Below are positions 39,097 to 58,896 of a DNA stretch of 64,000 nt, one piece after another. Position 1 is the stretch's first letter. Every line of letters begins with the position of its first letter. Under the pieces are notes generated by a model. That model was not told the origin of the DNA and searched no databases. It worked only from the letters and a program-made list of their open reading frames with translations. The DNA is from Protoeuglena noctilucae (Eukaryota), in the NCBI GenBank assembly GCA_958009085.1, contig OY253670.1, positions 1,054,001 through 1,118,000 of the forward strand, in the 5' to 3' direction. The position numbers and the translations under genes are program-made.

Positions 39097-40896
39097 ATGA
39101 TGGCCGGAATGGCGAGCGTGGGGAAGCCCACGCTGGGCCTGAACCAGGTATGGACGACCCTTGAACGATCGCTGGCCGCAGAATGGGCTCGATATCGTCG
39201 CCGCACCGCATCCATCCGCCCATTCGCAGTTGTACTCGTTCATCTTTGGGAGCGAGAGCGGCACCAAGGGTCTGGATGACCGCGGCAAGCTGGTGATGCT
39301 CGTCTTTTTCACCGTCTTCACCGTTCTCGGAGGCATTGTCTGGGCGCGGCTGATCCGGGGCGCCATCTTCGCTTTCTTCAACGCCTTCGTCCGCCCCGCC
39401 ATTCCGCCCCGGGCGAGTCTAGCCCCACCGTCGCGCCATCCCTCCACCGGCCCGGCCCTCTCGCTCTCTCATCAACTACCCCGTCACCGGTTGCAGTTCT
39501 TCGGGACCTGGGCAGTCGTCACCGGCTGCACGGACGGCATCGGCCTGGCCTTCGCGGAGCAGCTGGCATCCGAAGGCATCAACCTGGTCCTGGTCTCACG
39601 CACCCAGTCCAAGCTCGATGAGCTGGCGACCCGGTTGACCGAGAAGCACGGAATCAGGCACGCCCGCCGCTTCCTGCTTCGTCGCATGCATGCCACCACG
39701 ACGCCCTCTCCTCTGCAGCCCTGGGTGCATGACACGCGCATCCCTGTCGCACGTGCTTCCACTCGCAGGACCAAGGCGGTGGCAGTGGACCTGGCGGACA
39801 TGTCCCCGGCCCGGCAGAAGGGCCTCGAGGCGGTGGCACGGGCGGTGGGCGAGTGCCAAAGGGACCTGGGGCTTTTGATCAACAACGCGGGCATGTCGTA
39901 CCCGCACGCGCAGTACATGCACGAGGTCACTGACGACCTCGTGCAGCAGCTGATCCAGGTGAGTAGACTGTTAGGAGGGTGTGGGCATGGCAAGAACTGT
40001 CAACTGTCGGTGCAGGTCTCTCATCCCTGGCTGTGATATCTGGCAGCGCATCGTCCCTCATGTCTGTCTGAGTGACATTGCACCACATGGTCCCTCATAG
40101 ATAGGATACCTGTGATCCATGACTCTGCAGATCAACGTGGTGTCTATGACGGACATGATCCGGATGGTCCTCCCAGCCATGCTCGCTCGTAAGCGCGGGT
40201 GCATCGTCAACGTGGGGTCGGGCGCTGGGACCGTGCTGCCCTCCGACCCTCTCTACTCCGTCTATGCCGGGACCAAGGCCTACGCGGACGCACTCACGCG
40301 GGCGAGTACCCTACCTCGCTCGCTATCAGTTCTTTCCCACGCATCAAGCCTGACTTACTCCAAATGCTCTGCCATATGCCACGCTGTGCCCCCCGCCCCC
40401 GCTCTGCCCGACACGTGCACAACCGGTTCCCATCACCCCTCTTCCAACCATCCCCACCGCCCCTCACCCTGCCTCTCCACCACCCCTCTTCCTGCCAATC
40501 CCACCACCCCTCACCCCGCATCCCCCACCACCCCCACACCTCGCCTCCCCACAGAGCCTGGCGGTGGAGTATGCCGAGAAGGGAGTCCGCGTGCAGCTCG
40601 TGGCGCCCCTGTACGTCTCCACCAAGATGTCCAAGATCCGCCGGCAGTCCCTGTTCACTCCCTCGCCCGCCACGTACGTCCGCCACTGCATGCAGCGCCT
40701 GGGGAGGGACACGGTCACGACCGCCTACCCCATGCACGGCCTCATGGCGTGGGGCATCCAGTTCCTGCCCACGTGGGTGATGGACATGGTCCGACTCAAC
40801 ATGCGCAAGGACCTGCGAGCACGGGCGCTGGCCAAGAGGGCGGGGGCGTCTGGTGCAGCGGCGGGGGGCAGTGCGGGGGGCAAGAAGGACGAGTGA
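39097..40896 (+). CDS. KCR: Very-long-chain 3-oxoacyl-CoA reductase (KCR/HSD17B12-like SDR)
   Basis: N-terminal TM helix, [53 protein letters not shown] (YxxxK), [14 protein letters not shown] and C-terminal KKDE. Confidence 0.92.
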
Positions 40897-41220
40897 GGGG
40901 ATGCCGGGGATGGTAGGTTAGGTTTATCGGTGTAAGTGCCAGTTTGCATTCAAATGTGATTAAGTCGTGGAGTCTGACGAAGCGAGTCTGGCCTAGGTGC
41001 CATGGCGGGGCCGCAGAGACGAGCGAAGGGCATGCACCGTCGCGCGCTATGCCACCAGCGCAGCAGCCTGGATTAAGTAGCGGCCTAGCCGGCACCGAGC
41101 ACCGCACATGTTGCCGCCAGACGTAGAGAGGCATGCTACACTCGTGAAAAAGATGAGCACCCAAAAGTGAGCCTAGGTGGCCACTGTGTGCGTCCCTCAC
41201 AATGCCACCCTCCGCAGCAC

Positions 41221-48616
<7,396 letters not shown>

Positions 48617-48958
48617 CTTCGACGCCCTGCTGTCAGCGGTTGAAAAATGTCGGTATATTCCAGGTCTAGGACGCGCCGATGGCACACGGTGCTCCTTTCC
48701 CCTTGCAAACTGCCGCTGCCGCTGCGGGCCCGACTGCTGCAGGCCGAGGGAGTCACGGGAGGACGCCTCTCGCCGAGCAGGGAGATGTATGTCTGCAAGC
48801 GCGATGCCCCTGCCTCTCGTTGCTCACAATCTGCGATGTGTCAAGCGCTCGTCCGACGTGTTCCTTACGCTGGAAAAAATGGCATAACACTGTTTAAAGA
48901 GAGCAAGTTTTCCGACCATTTGGCCATCCGAGGACGCAAGGAATCATATATCACGCAA

Positions 48959-50325
48959 ATGGGGTCAGCGTGGACCATCACGGACGGCCATGGATGCACG
49001 GCGACGGTCGTCGAACACGGCGCCTCGCTCGCGCGGCTCTGCGTGCCGGATAGGCATGGCGCTGTGGACGACATCGTATTGGGGCTAGACGATGACGATG
49101 GCTACCGGGCCAACCCCCACTACCTCGGCTCGGTCGTGGGCCGGTGCGCAAACCGCATTGGCGGTGCCCGGTACACGCACGCGGGAAAGGAGCACGTGCT
49201 GGACGCCAACGATGGCGAGAACGCCTTGCATGGGAGCCACAAGGACGGCTCGGCGTGGTCTCACTGCCGGTGGACGCTCGACAGCCACGACGAAGCCTCC
49301 GGTACGGGGTCTGAGTGTGTTTGTTAGGCTCTAAACCCCATGCGCAACCAGGTGCGCTCATGTCCATCCCCGCTGCATCGTTGCGCCTCGCAGTGGCAAT
49401 GTCGTACGTCTCGGCCGATGGGCAGGGCGGCTACCCTGGGGAGGCTCGTGCTAGGGTGGAGTATCGGTTCGTCGGCCCCTCGCGCCTGCGCGTGCGCATG
49501 ACATGCGAGACTACGGCCCCGTGCCCCGTCAACATGGTTCAGCACGCTTTCTACAACCTGGCTGGGCACGCGTCGGCAAAGGTGTGCTGGTGCAGCCGCC
49601 CCCGGTGCCACAGCTGCCGTGACTGCTGTCGGACCTTAGCCTGACTCTAACCTGCCCACCGCAGTTGTCATGGAACCACCACCTGGCCGCGAACGCCACG
49701 CACTACACGCCGGTCGGGCCGAGCCGTGTGCCGACAGGAGAGATTCACGAAGTCAAGGGAACGCACCTGGACTTCACGCGGCCCACGCTCCTCGCGGACC
49801 GCCAGGCGCAGGCGGAGCCCGCAGGCGGCTACGACCACAACTTCGTGATTCGCACTCGAGAGGACGTGGAGCGTGATCCGGATGCTCTGGTGTTGGCGGC
49901 AGAGGTGCGCTGTCTGTGCAGACACTCGTCCTTTTCCTTTCCATGTATGCAGCGTCTGCGGATGAACTAGCCACCACAATACGCGCCTCGATGTGCAATC
50001 CATCGCTGCACGCGCCCTTCTGCCCCGCTCGCAGCTGTGGGAGGCATCCACGGGGCGCGCCTTGGCCGTCTACTCCAACCAGCCGGGCATGCAGCTCTAC
50101 ACGTCCGGCTTCCTCAGCGGGGATGCCGGCAAAGATGGGGCGACGTACGCTCGCTTCGCGGGGGTGTGCTTGGAGACGCAGGCGTGGCCGGATGCGGTGC
50201 ACCACGCCCACTTCCCGAGCATAATCCTCGAGCCGGGCCAGCGGTACGTGCACGAGATGGAGCTGCGATTCTCAACCTTCACGGGCCCGGTAGACCAAGT
50301 GGCCAGGGCACCCAAGACCCTCTAG
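48959..50325 (+). CDS. GALM: Aldose 1-epimerase (galactose mutarotase)
   Basis: DDIVLG, YLGSVVGRCANRI, NDGENALHG, GGYPG, VNMVQHAFYNLAG, PTGEI, GGYDHNF, QPGMQLYTSG and CLETQ; 4 exons. Confidence 0.93.
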
Positions 50326-50632
50326 CTACGCAGTTCTGGCCTACTGGCGCCAGACATTTGTTGGTCACATTTTCTCGTAGCTTTTCGGGTTTAAGACTTG
50401 GAACCCCACCAGAAGGAACAGAAATCACCGCACGCCCGCTCTAGCCCAGACGAGGCAGGCGGGCCCAAAGGCCGCCGCTAGCGCGCGCTACAACTGCGCC
50501 ATACGCAGCCACACGCAGCTGCCCGTGCCGCAGCGCAGCCTACCCTGCCCTGCTTGCGAGGGTGCCACCCAAACCTCCTCTTTAACTCAGCTCGCTTGCT
50601 CCTCACATCAACTGCCGGCCACCGCTTGGCGT

Positions 50633-53600
50633 TCACCAGAACCCGCCCCCGTTCGGCCGCTGCTGGGGCTGCTGCGGGGGGTAGCCCTGCCCGTAAGCCC
50701 CAGGGGCCTGCATCGCGCCCTGCATACCGTAGTTCCCAGGCATCCCCGGAGCCGCGCCCATCCCCATGGGGGGCTGCTGGTACCCGCCACCGTACATGCC
50801 CGCCCCCATCGGCTGCCCCGGCATGCCCATCCCCATGTTCATCCCGCCCGACTGGCCCGGCGGGAAGTAGCCCCCCTGCGCCCCAGGCGCGGGCCCGTAG
50901 CCCATGCCCATCCCAGCGTTATGACCCCCGCCCTGCATCGGCTGGGCTCCCGAGCTCCCGCCAGTCGGACCCCCCGTCGCAAGCCCCGGCGAGCCATGTC
51001 CCGGCTTCAGGGACTTGAGCGCCATGGAGCCGGTGCGCCTCTGCTCCTCCGCACGCTTCTGGGCCTCCTGCGGGCGTCAAGGCGGCGCACATAGGCGGTC
51101 AGCAACCACAGAGGGAGCGCGTCACACTTCAACTATGAGGTGCGAATAGCGAACAGGACCCATGGACAGGGATGCATGGACTGAGCGCAAAGAGTATCCA
51201 ACACCCCCAGCGCCGCTGCAGTGGCTCGCCTTGGAGTTGGGCAGGCCAAAGTCGAACGGGTCGACGATGCCCGCCTGCTTGCTCTTGGCCAGCTTGGACT
51301 CGGGGGATTGGAACGGGTTGTTGGTGGGCTGCGAGGACGAGACAGATATCGATGCATGTGATCCCAGTCAATCTGAGCAGCGCACAGGGTACATAGCAGT
51401 GCCCCGAAAGGCACGCGGACTTGGCAACGACAAGCACCATCTGCAACCCGTTCCCCACGATACGATACGGCTGTTTCGATAATATCTGCGCACGCCAATC
51501 ACCTTGGCCGGGGTCTCGGATAATGGCGTGGCCTCCACGACGGGCTTGGCCTCAGCCGCGTACCCAGAGGCAGACGCGGGCGCCATGGGAGCGAACAGGT
51601 CCGGCCCAGAGTGGAGGGCTGACATGGGGTCGACGGGGCGGGGTGCCCCCGAGACCTGCAAGCGTGGGCGCGGGGTGGGCGGTGGGTGGCCAAGCCATAT
51701 GACCGATGCTGCGAGGGCTGGGAGGTGGGGACGAGTGCGCGGCTGGCTTTGGCTGCTTCGAAGTGGCGAGGAGGTGAGAGCGAGAGGACGCGGGGGATGT
51801 GAGGGCGCACAAGGCATAGCTGGGGCGGCAAAGCAGCTGGGTTCGTAGGTGCACATGACACAGCCCGCACCATCGCGTCCTCACCTGGGGCATGGGCATG
51901 GCGAAGGGGTCGTCGTGGTGCGGCGCGGCAGACACGGGGTTGACGCCGCTGCCGCCGTACAGCAGCTCGTTGACTTTCTGAGACCCGCCCGCCTGCGAGC
52001 ACCATCGACTTTCCTGGTAAGCATGGCGGTGGGCCCTGCCACGGCGTGCCATGGTGGCGAGCATAGCAATGATCAGACCGACACCGAGCAGCATGCGTGG
52101 GTGCCCGCTGCAGGTGGCACATAAGAGGAGCAGCGCAGTCACCGGGGCAGCCGAGACGGCGGGGTAGGCCGGCGGGGCCTGGTATGCGGGGGCAGGGGGC
52201 GGCTGGCTGACGGCAGGGACGGTCGCGAAGGACGCAAAGGCGTCGTCCTCGAACCCGAAGCCCTGCGAGGCGTGCGCCGCGGGCGGCGGGGCGGAGGCAG
52301 CCGGCGGCTGGGACCAGGGCGCCGAGTGCTGGGCCGGGGGCGTGGTGCTGTACCCCTGGGGCCCGGCGAAGGGGTCGGGCCGAGCGGGGGCACGGTCCTT
52401 CAGGGACAGACCCCCCAGCTCCCCCATAAGCATGTCCGCGTTGTTGCCGTACTTGCTCTGCGGGGAGGGCACCGGGGCGGGGCAAGTCATTGACCTTCGA
52501 GCGCCAACGTCACCCTTATCTGTCCTACAGAAAAGATGCTTGAAATGAACGGAGCGCGATTGGGGAGTGTCGGAGCAACGCCGGCCGTGGTTTGACTCAC
52601 CGGGTCGTGCACGGGGGACTCTTGCGCGTCGGCGTTGCCAGAGAGGAAGTCGCCGGACGGCGGGACCTCCGAGCCAGAGTAGAGGGCCGGGCCCGAGGAG
52701 GACAGCTGGCCGTTCACCATGGCGGTGCGGACGGTGCCCCAACCGGACGTGAGCTTGCCCATGAGAGCGTTGTTGTTCGCGATTGGCTGCGGCCAGGGCG
52801 GCAGAGGGGTGCCGGTCCGGCAAGGAAGCAACCAGGCTGAGCGACAGCTGCACTGCTTGCACGTGTGGAGCTTGCTAACTCCAGCGCAGCGCAGGGCAGT
52901 GCACGTGTCCCCGACTGTGCCGCATCTGTCGCGCACCTGTGCGGGGCGCTTGCTGGGGTCTGCCGACGACTGCCCCTTGATGTACAGCTCCATGTCCTTG
53001 ACAAAGTCCACGGGCAGGGGCTCCAGGGGCGGGAAGTGGAGGTGGCCCAGCGGGCCCCCGATCTCCTTGCACTTCTCCCTGCAAAGGCGCCAAGGCATCA
53101 CCACGCTCGCTCTTCTGACCGAGTCGTTGGTGACGGAGGCCCGGTGACCTGAGGATTCTGACTTTGCGATAAAGACATGTCGGCGTCTCACCAGAAGTCG
53201 CTGAGGGACTGGTGCATGGTCATGGCGCTCTGGTACAGCTGCAGCGCCGTCTTGGCGTCCTCCACGTTCATCTCAAAGAACTTGTCACTGCGGGAAGGAG
53301 ACGGGGGTTGTTTAAATGTAGATGTAATGGACTGGCATGGGCCGCAGGTGAGACAGCCTGGCATGCAACTCGCCAGATGTTCACAATGCCCTCCCCGATG
53401 GCCCGGAAGAGGATGAAGGACTCCTGGGCGCAGAACTCCATACAACGCATGGTGACCTCGCTGCGCGGACAAGAAGGAAGAGAGGGTCATGCCTTGCCTT
53501 GTACAAGCACGCGGACTTGCGCCACGCCTTGCCGGGCCCGGCCTGCGCGTCACCTGCTCCGGGCCTGCGCCTCCGGGACGCACGCGACGAGCTTGTTGAG

Positions 53601-55133
53601 CGCCGTCTGCGCCTGAGGCAGCTTGGCCAGCACCTCGTTCACCGGCATCTCCTTGAAGACCGTCGTGTTGCGCTGGGCCGTGTCGATAAACAGGTCCAGC
53701 TCCAGCGCCCTGAAGACAAGGAGAGGACGACAGTAGATCAACCCGCGCCTGGTCCCGCTCCGCTCCCGGCCAGCGGCACATCGCAGTGGTGACACAGTGC
53801 CTCGTGGCGCGAGGCGTTTTGTGTCCATCTTGGAGACACACCTGAAGAGGAAGAGCCGCTCCGAGAGGTACTCGGAATAGACGCGGATGAAGGAGCTCTG
53901 GACTTGGGACTCGGGGGTGCTGGCGTCACGGAAGGTGTGCTTGTCCAGGATGGAGTGCGCGCCCATGCGGGTCATGTACTCGACCAGGGCCCGCTGGAAG
54001 TTCGGGTTCGTCTCACGGAACAGGCGGTGGAAGACTGCGCGCGGGGGTGCGGGGAGCGTCGGCGTCAGGGCTTCAGGCAGGTGACGACGCGACCAATGCT
54101 AGCGCTGGCAGGCGCTGTGCGAGTCGCACCGGTGAGGAGCTTGAGGACGACGAGCCAGTCGAGGCCCACGCGCTCCATCCGCTTACACAGCTGCCTGCGC
54201 GTGCCAAGGAGAGCACCCGGTTTGGCAAGCCGCGCAAGGGTCGATCATGCGACCCTCTCCCGACCGGCGAGGGGCCCACCTGAGCGTGTACTCGAGCACG
54301 TTGCCCTGACGATGGATCCCGAACTCGACGGCCTGCTTCAGGGTCGTCACGTGCTTCTCCTTGGGCGTCACCCGGTCGTGGTTCGTGGCCTGCGTGCGCG
54401 GGGCCGCGGGGATGTATCCTGGCGTCCCGGGTGGAGCGTGCGATAGATAGGGTGGTACTGATGGAAAAGCGTGCCCGTCGCGGTCCGGCCTCGCCTTGGT
54501 CAGCGCCACGTCGATCTCCGGGAAGTCTTTGGACGACGCGCCGATCTTCATCAGCCGCGCCTTGTCCTTCAGCGCGCCTATGAAGGCGCTGACCTGCAGT
54601 GGAAGCGCAGGAGCGCAGCGCGTGCGGCGTGGGCGCGGCGGGCGGGCGCTAGGGCTGGCCCGCGCCCTCCATCTTCGCCGAGGGTCACTGTCGAAACGTG
54701 CGGCGCGACCGGACGGACAACTGGCTCCCGGGAAATCAAGACGTATAAAAGAGCGCATCGCGGGCAAAGACGGCCCGGGAGGCGGCCCCAGGGGGGCGGG
54801 CACACGCGCTTGCCCTTTGGACCCGTTGAAAAGCGCATTAGCGCCCGAAGCGGGGCGCCAGCGGGATCTCCCGGGTACCCGCAAACGAGAGGGACGAAGA
54901 TCAATCGCGCACGTGGTCCGAGACCGCGGATGACGTCTCCGGAGCACGGTCTGTTGCAAGGCGCAAGCGTGGAGTGCCCCAGGAGGGCTGACGGTTGTGG
55001 ACACGCGGACGAGCGCTCGTGGGAGCTGTCCGATTGTCGTGAGCTACATGCCGGCCCCGAACGCCGGCGAAATCGCGTCCAGGGCCGGTCCTGGCTCGGC
55101 AACGGTGCCGGAGGTCACCTTCTCGTTTTCCAT
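50633..55133 (-). CDS. ANTH-domain clathrin assembly protein (AP180/PICALM-like)
   Basis: IGALKDK, DVALTKATNHD..PKEKHV, WLVVLKLLTVFHRLFRE, SSFIRVYSEYLSERL, ESFILFRAIGEGIVNICDKFFEM; disordered tail with DPF/NPF motifs and a Gly/Met/Pro/Gln-rich end. Confidence 0.9.
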
Positions 55134-55497
55134 GGTCGGCGCTCCTCCTCGTATCCGGCCGAGAATCAAACGTGACGGCGCTAGGCAGGTCCGCCTGGGG
55201 CGCTGCCGGGCGAGCCAGCGAGCTGCGCTGGGCTTTCTGCTCGACGAGTATTTCGCCGGGGCTCGTGCTAACCGCAGCGCCGGAGACCCCGATGAACAGC
55301 GATGAGCCGCCGCAACCGCACGGGTGGGGTCGCTGGGCCCCGAAACGAGGTCTGACTGGCGCCAGTACGAGTGTTGACCACGAACCTCGGCCCGGAATCG
55401 CGGAAATCGCGCGTCGGCATCCCCATCGGAAGCGCGGTGCTGGCCGCGGCGCGCCCTCCGGGGCGAGGCAGCAGGCTGTCCGACGCAACACGTCTCG

Positions 55498-58400
55498 ATG
55501 GGGTGCGCCCCGAGTGCTCACGCGGCAGAGGCTGTCGAGCCGCACGACCGGGCTGTGATTGAGACACAACTTCCTCAGAAGACGGGGAGCGTCAAGGGCG
55601 CTGGAACCGGGGGTCTTGGGGGCCAGAAGGACGACGACATGGGCCAGCGGCGAAAGCAGGCACAGGCGAGAGGGAGTTTCCGCACGAGGGACCTGGCGTT
55701 GGAAAGTCTTGGGCCACAGGTATCGTTTTGGAAGCGCTTCTGGCGTGCAGGGTTACGGGGACGTCATTTCCTCCCCCACGTTCACGACGGGCAGAGGGCA
55801 GAGCCATGTGTCCTGGCCACCTCCTCCCAAGCCAAAGCTCCCTGCAGCCCGAGCGCAACCTAACCCAGTACCGGTGAAAGACCCGGTCGTGCCTCCCCCC
55901 GAAACTCCCTTACCCTCTCGTCAGAGCCGCGAGGCGCCCCTTGCCAAGGTGGGCGCTCACCTCATTGGTGCCCTGCCCCTCCAGAAGAGCGCCAGTCACG
56001 TGCCGAGTCCGAATCTTGCACCGTCATTGCAGAGGCGGGCGTCCTTCAAGGATGTCCGTTCCGATGCCAACGACCTCAGCCGTCCGCAAGGGGTGCTGAC
56101 GCACGAGGCCATGCTGCTCACCATGCCCTTCCAGCTCCAAGTCGCCGCTACGGAGTCCCGCAAAGCAGAGATCGTCTCCATCGTAGATGCCGTCATGGCC
56201 CTCGTGGACAGGGTGAGCCGATGACACGCGACGTCAGGAGCCCCCGCCAAGGCCCTTCGTAGTCGCTAGCCAAGCACCGCAACCGTTGCCCGCTTGCCCC
56301 CCTTCTCGCAGCACTTCAACAATTGGAACCCCGACAGCGAGATCTCCGCCATCAACTCCCCGCTTCGGCAGACCCCCGCCAGAGTGTCCCCTGAGCTGGG
56401 GGCGCTCCTGGACCTGGCAGAGTCGGCTGTTCGCCTCACGTCGGGTCGCTTCGACCCCACCGTGCTGCCCCTGCTCGAGGTGTGGCGGGAGTCGCTGCTC
56501 AAGGACGGCCGCGAGCCCCACCGGAGCGAGCTGCAGCGGCTGTCCCCCGCGGTGGGATGGACGCGGAACGTGCAGCTCGTGCGGGACCGGGGGCGCGTGG
56601 AGGCCGTCGAGCTCGAGTGCGAGGAGTGCCGGATAGACCTGGGTGGCGTCGCCAAGGGCCACGCGCTGGACCTGCTGGGGGAGGCCCTGGTCGCGAAGGG
56701 CTTCGTGAACTGGGTGATAGAGTGGGGCGGGGACGTGCTGGCGCGCGGAGTGCATCCGCAGGGCCGCCCCTGGCGCACGTGCCTGGCGCGGCCGCCGCCC
56801 ACCGAGAGTCTCTTCACGTTGTGGACGAAAGACTTGGTGGAAGACTGCCTCAAGAGCCAGGGCGTCTTAGCTGGCGTGGACTTGCACGAATGCGCGGCCG
56901 CCACCTCCGGGGACTTCTTCCAGGTGTACAAGTTCGGATACCACCACATCGTGGACGGGGAGAGCCTCTCGCTGATGCGGGCGGGGCAGGAGGGGGTGGC
57001 GTGCGTCACGGTGGTGGCGGCGAGCGCGGCGCGGGCGGACGCGTTCGCCACGGCGGCGATGGCCTGTGCGTCGGTGGAGGCGGCGGCCGGCATGCTCGAC
57101 AGGCTCGTGGCCGAGGGGCACGTGGGGGGTTTCTGCCTTCTGTCCCGCGCCAGGGCTCCCGTGATGCGTGGCGGCATGTTCCATGCGGCTGCCTCTGCGG
57201 CCGACCCCGGCCCCAGCAGCGGGGTCTTTGCGTCACTGCCCGCCACTGGACCTCCGGATGAGGCGCAGGCGTGGCTGCAGCTGGAACAGGCCTCGAGCCG
57301 CCTCCTGCCGCCCCGATCCGTGCTGGTGGAGACGGAAGGGACAGCAGTGGAGGTGCGGCGGCGGTGGGGAGTGTTCATGTGCCCATGTTCCGTCGTAGCT
57401 ACATGTTGTCATGAGGGCCGAGCGTGGCATGGCCAATCTGAGTCAGTGTGGCTGCCCACGCAGGTTCCGACCCTCGCAACGGTGTCTCTCCGCCCGCTGA
57501 TGGTGTCTTTCGTGGCCCCGCACACCCTGCCATTGCGACAAGGGTCCAAGGCGCGGGTGACGATCTCCGACGGCCGGGGCCAAGGCAGGGTTGCAACGGT
57601 CAGGGTCGTCGACACGGTGTGTGTGTGTGTGTGTGTGTGTGACCATCGTATCAATTGCCAAGAGTCGCTGGTCTCTGCATTTATCACCTTGTCTCGACCG
57701 TCGCCGTGTCTGCAGCTCGAGGCACCCGGGCGGTGCGTGGTGGCCCTGTGCGGGGTGGACGACGTGGAGGGCGCCGGCTTAGAGACCGACAGCCTGCCCG
57801 ACAGGCTCAAGGCAGCGCTGCGTGATGCCCCCGCGCAAATATGGTGAGCCGGTTGTTGCCGGGTGAAGCTTCCATGGGGTCTGCGCCCCTGGGTCACCCC
57901 ACCCTGCCGCTCTCTCGCACCCTGCAGCATCGTGACCTTCACTGGAGCGGACAGCACGCCGTACGCAGTCACGGCCTCGTCCGTCCGAATGCACACGGGG
58001 TCGTGCTTCGTTTTCAACTTGCAGCTCAACTCTCGGGCCGGCATGGCGGCAGAAGAGTTGCAAGGGCGGCAGTTCCGCTTGCATTACCTCAGCGGGGCGC
58101 ACGCGGAGCTCGCCAAACACCATTCGGTGGACCCAGTGGTGGGCAGCTGTGGCACGCTGGCCTCACATCGTGCACATATAGTGGAGGCTGTGGTGGCATA
58201 CCCTCTGTGTCTGACACAGCCCACCACAACCGTGCTCGCAGTTCGACGAGGGAGTATATCGTGATTTGATGGGCCGTGAGCCACCTAGCCAGGGCTCAGA
58301 CGGCGCCCCCTGCATCGACGCAGGTGTGTGCGCGGATGGGCGCCAAGGCACCGCTTGCCCTGATCTGGATACACGGCATGGCCACTCGCCTCTTCTGCTT

Positions 58401-58557
58401 CGCAGGCGTTACATGCGTGGTGCGGCTGCTGGGCAGCGGCACGGCTGGGGATCACTTGGTGCTTGTCTGCGGCCTTGACCTCGTTGCGATACTCGATGGC
58501 GACTTCCTGGACGATCGCCCGCTCATCTACCGCGACCGGGAGTTTGCCGTCGCATGA
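55498..58557 (+). CDS. ApbE (FAD:protein FMN transferase) fused to flavin-reductase-like domain(s), with N-terminal MGCxxS motif
   Basis: Exon 1 55498-55665 (MGCAPS...) joins 55751 in frame through a GC-AG intron. ApbE motifs: HFNNWNPDSEISAIN, GRFDPTVLPL, IDLGGVAKGHALD, EWGGD, ATSGDF, HHIVD, ADAFATA. C-terminal Flavin_Reduct-like motifs: TVSLRPLMVSF, LKAALR..ICIVT..PYAVTASSV, GDHLVLV, PLIYRDREF. Confidence 0.85.
57617..57640 (+). repeat. (GT)12 microsatellite starting at an intron donor
   Basis: gacacg|gtgtgtgtgtgtgtgtgtgtgtgt read directly. Confidence 0.92.
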
Positions 58558-58896
58558 CATGCCACGTACCACGGACCACGTTTAGATGTCTTCAACGTTG
58601 TCAGAACCACGCTGCCCTGCTCTCGGCTGTGGCCCGGGACATGCAAAAGAGACGCGACGGGGGCTGCCGGGCAAGGCTAGGATCGTCCAGGCCAGAGATG
58701 GGACAAAAAGCAGAGCGCCCCCGCGCCGCGCGTGCCGTGCGGTGGCTGCGGGGGGCGCCCAAAGACAGGGTGCCGTAGGGGACCAAGGGACCAAGGGGGC
58801 ATGAGGCCGTCGCGCGGCGTGTGCGTGCCAAGCCCTGCCATGGGGCTGAGCGGATGGCCTCGCCGTGCCCCCGAGGTCGGCGCTCGGCCGTGCTCC

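Noticed and set aside
40931..40935. TGTAA chlorophyte-type polyadenylation signal after KCR
   Set aside because: Plausible, but I did not find it consistently after the other genes, so it is not called.
55498..58557. ApbE gene as bacterial contamination
   Set aside because: It has multiple spliceosomal introns, including the host-typical GCGAG donor, and is flanked by eukaryotic genes.
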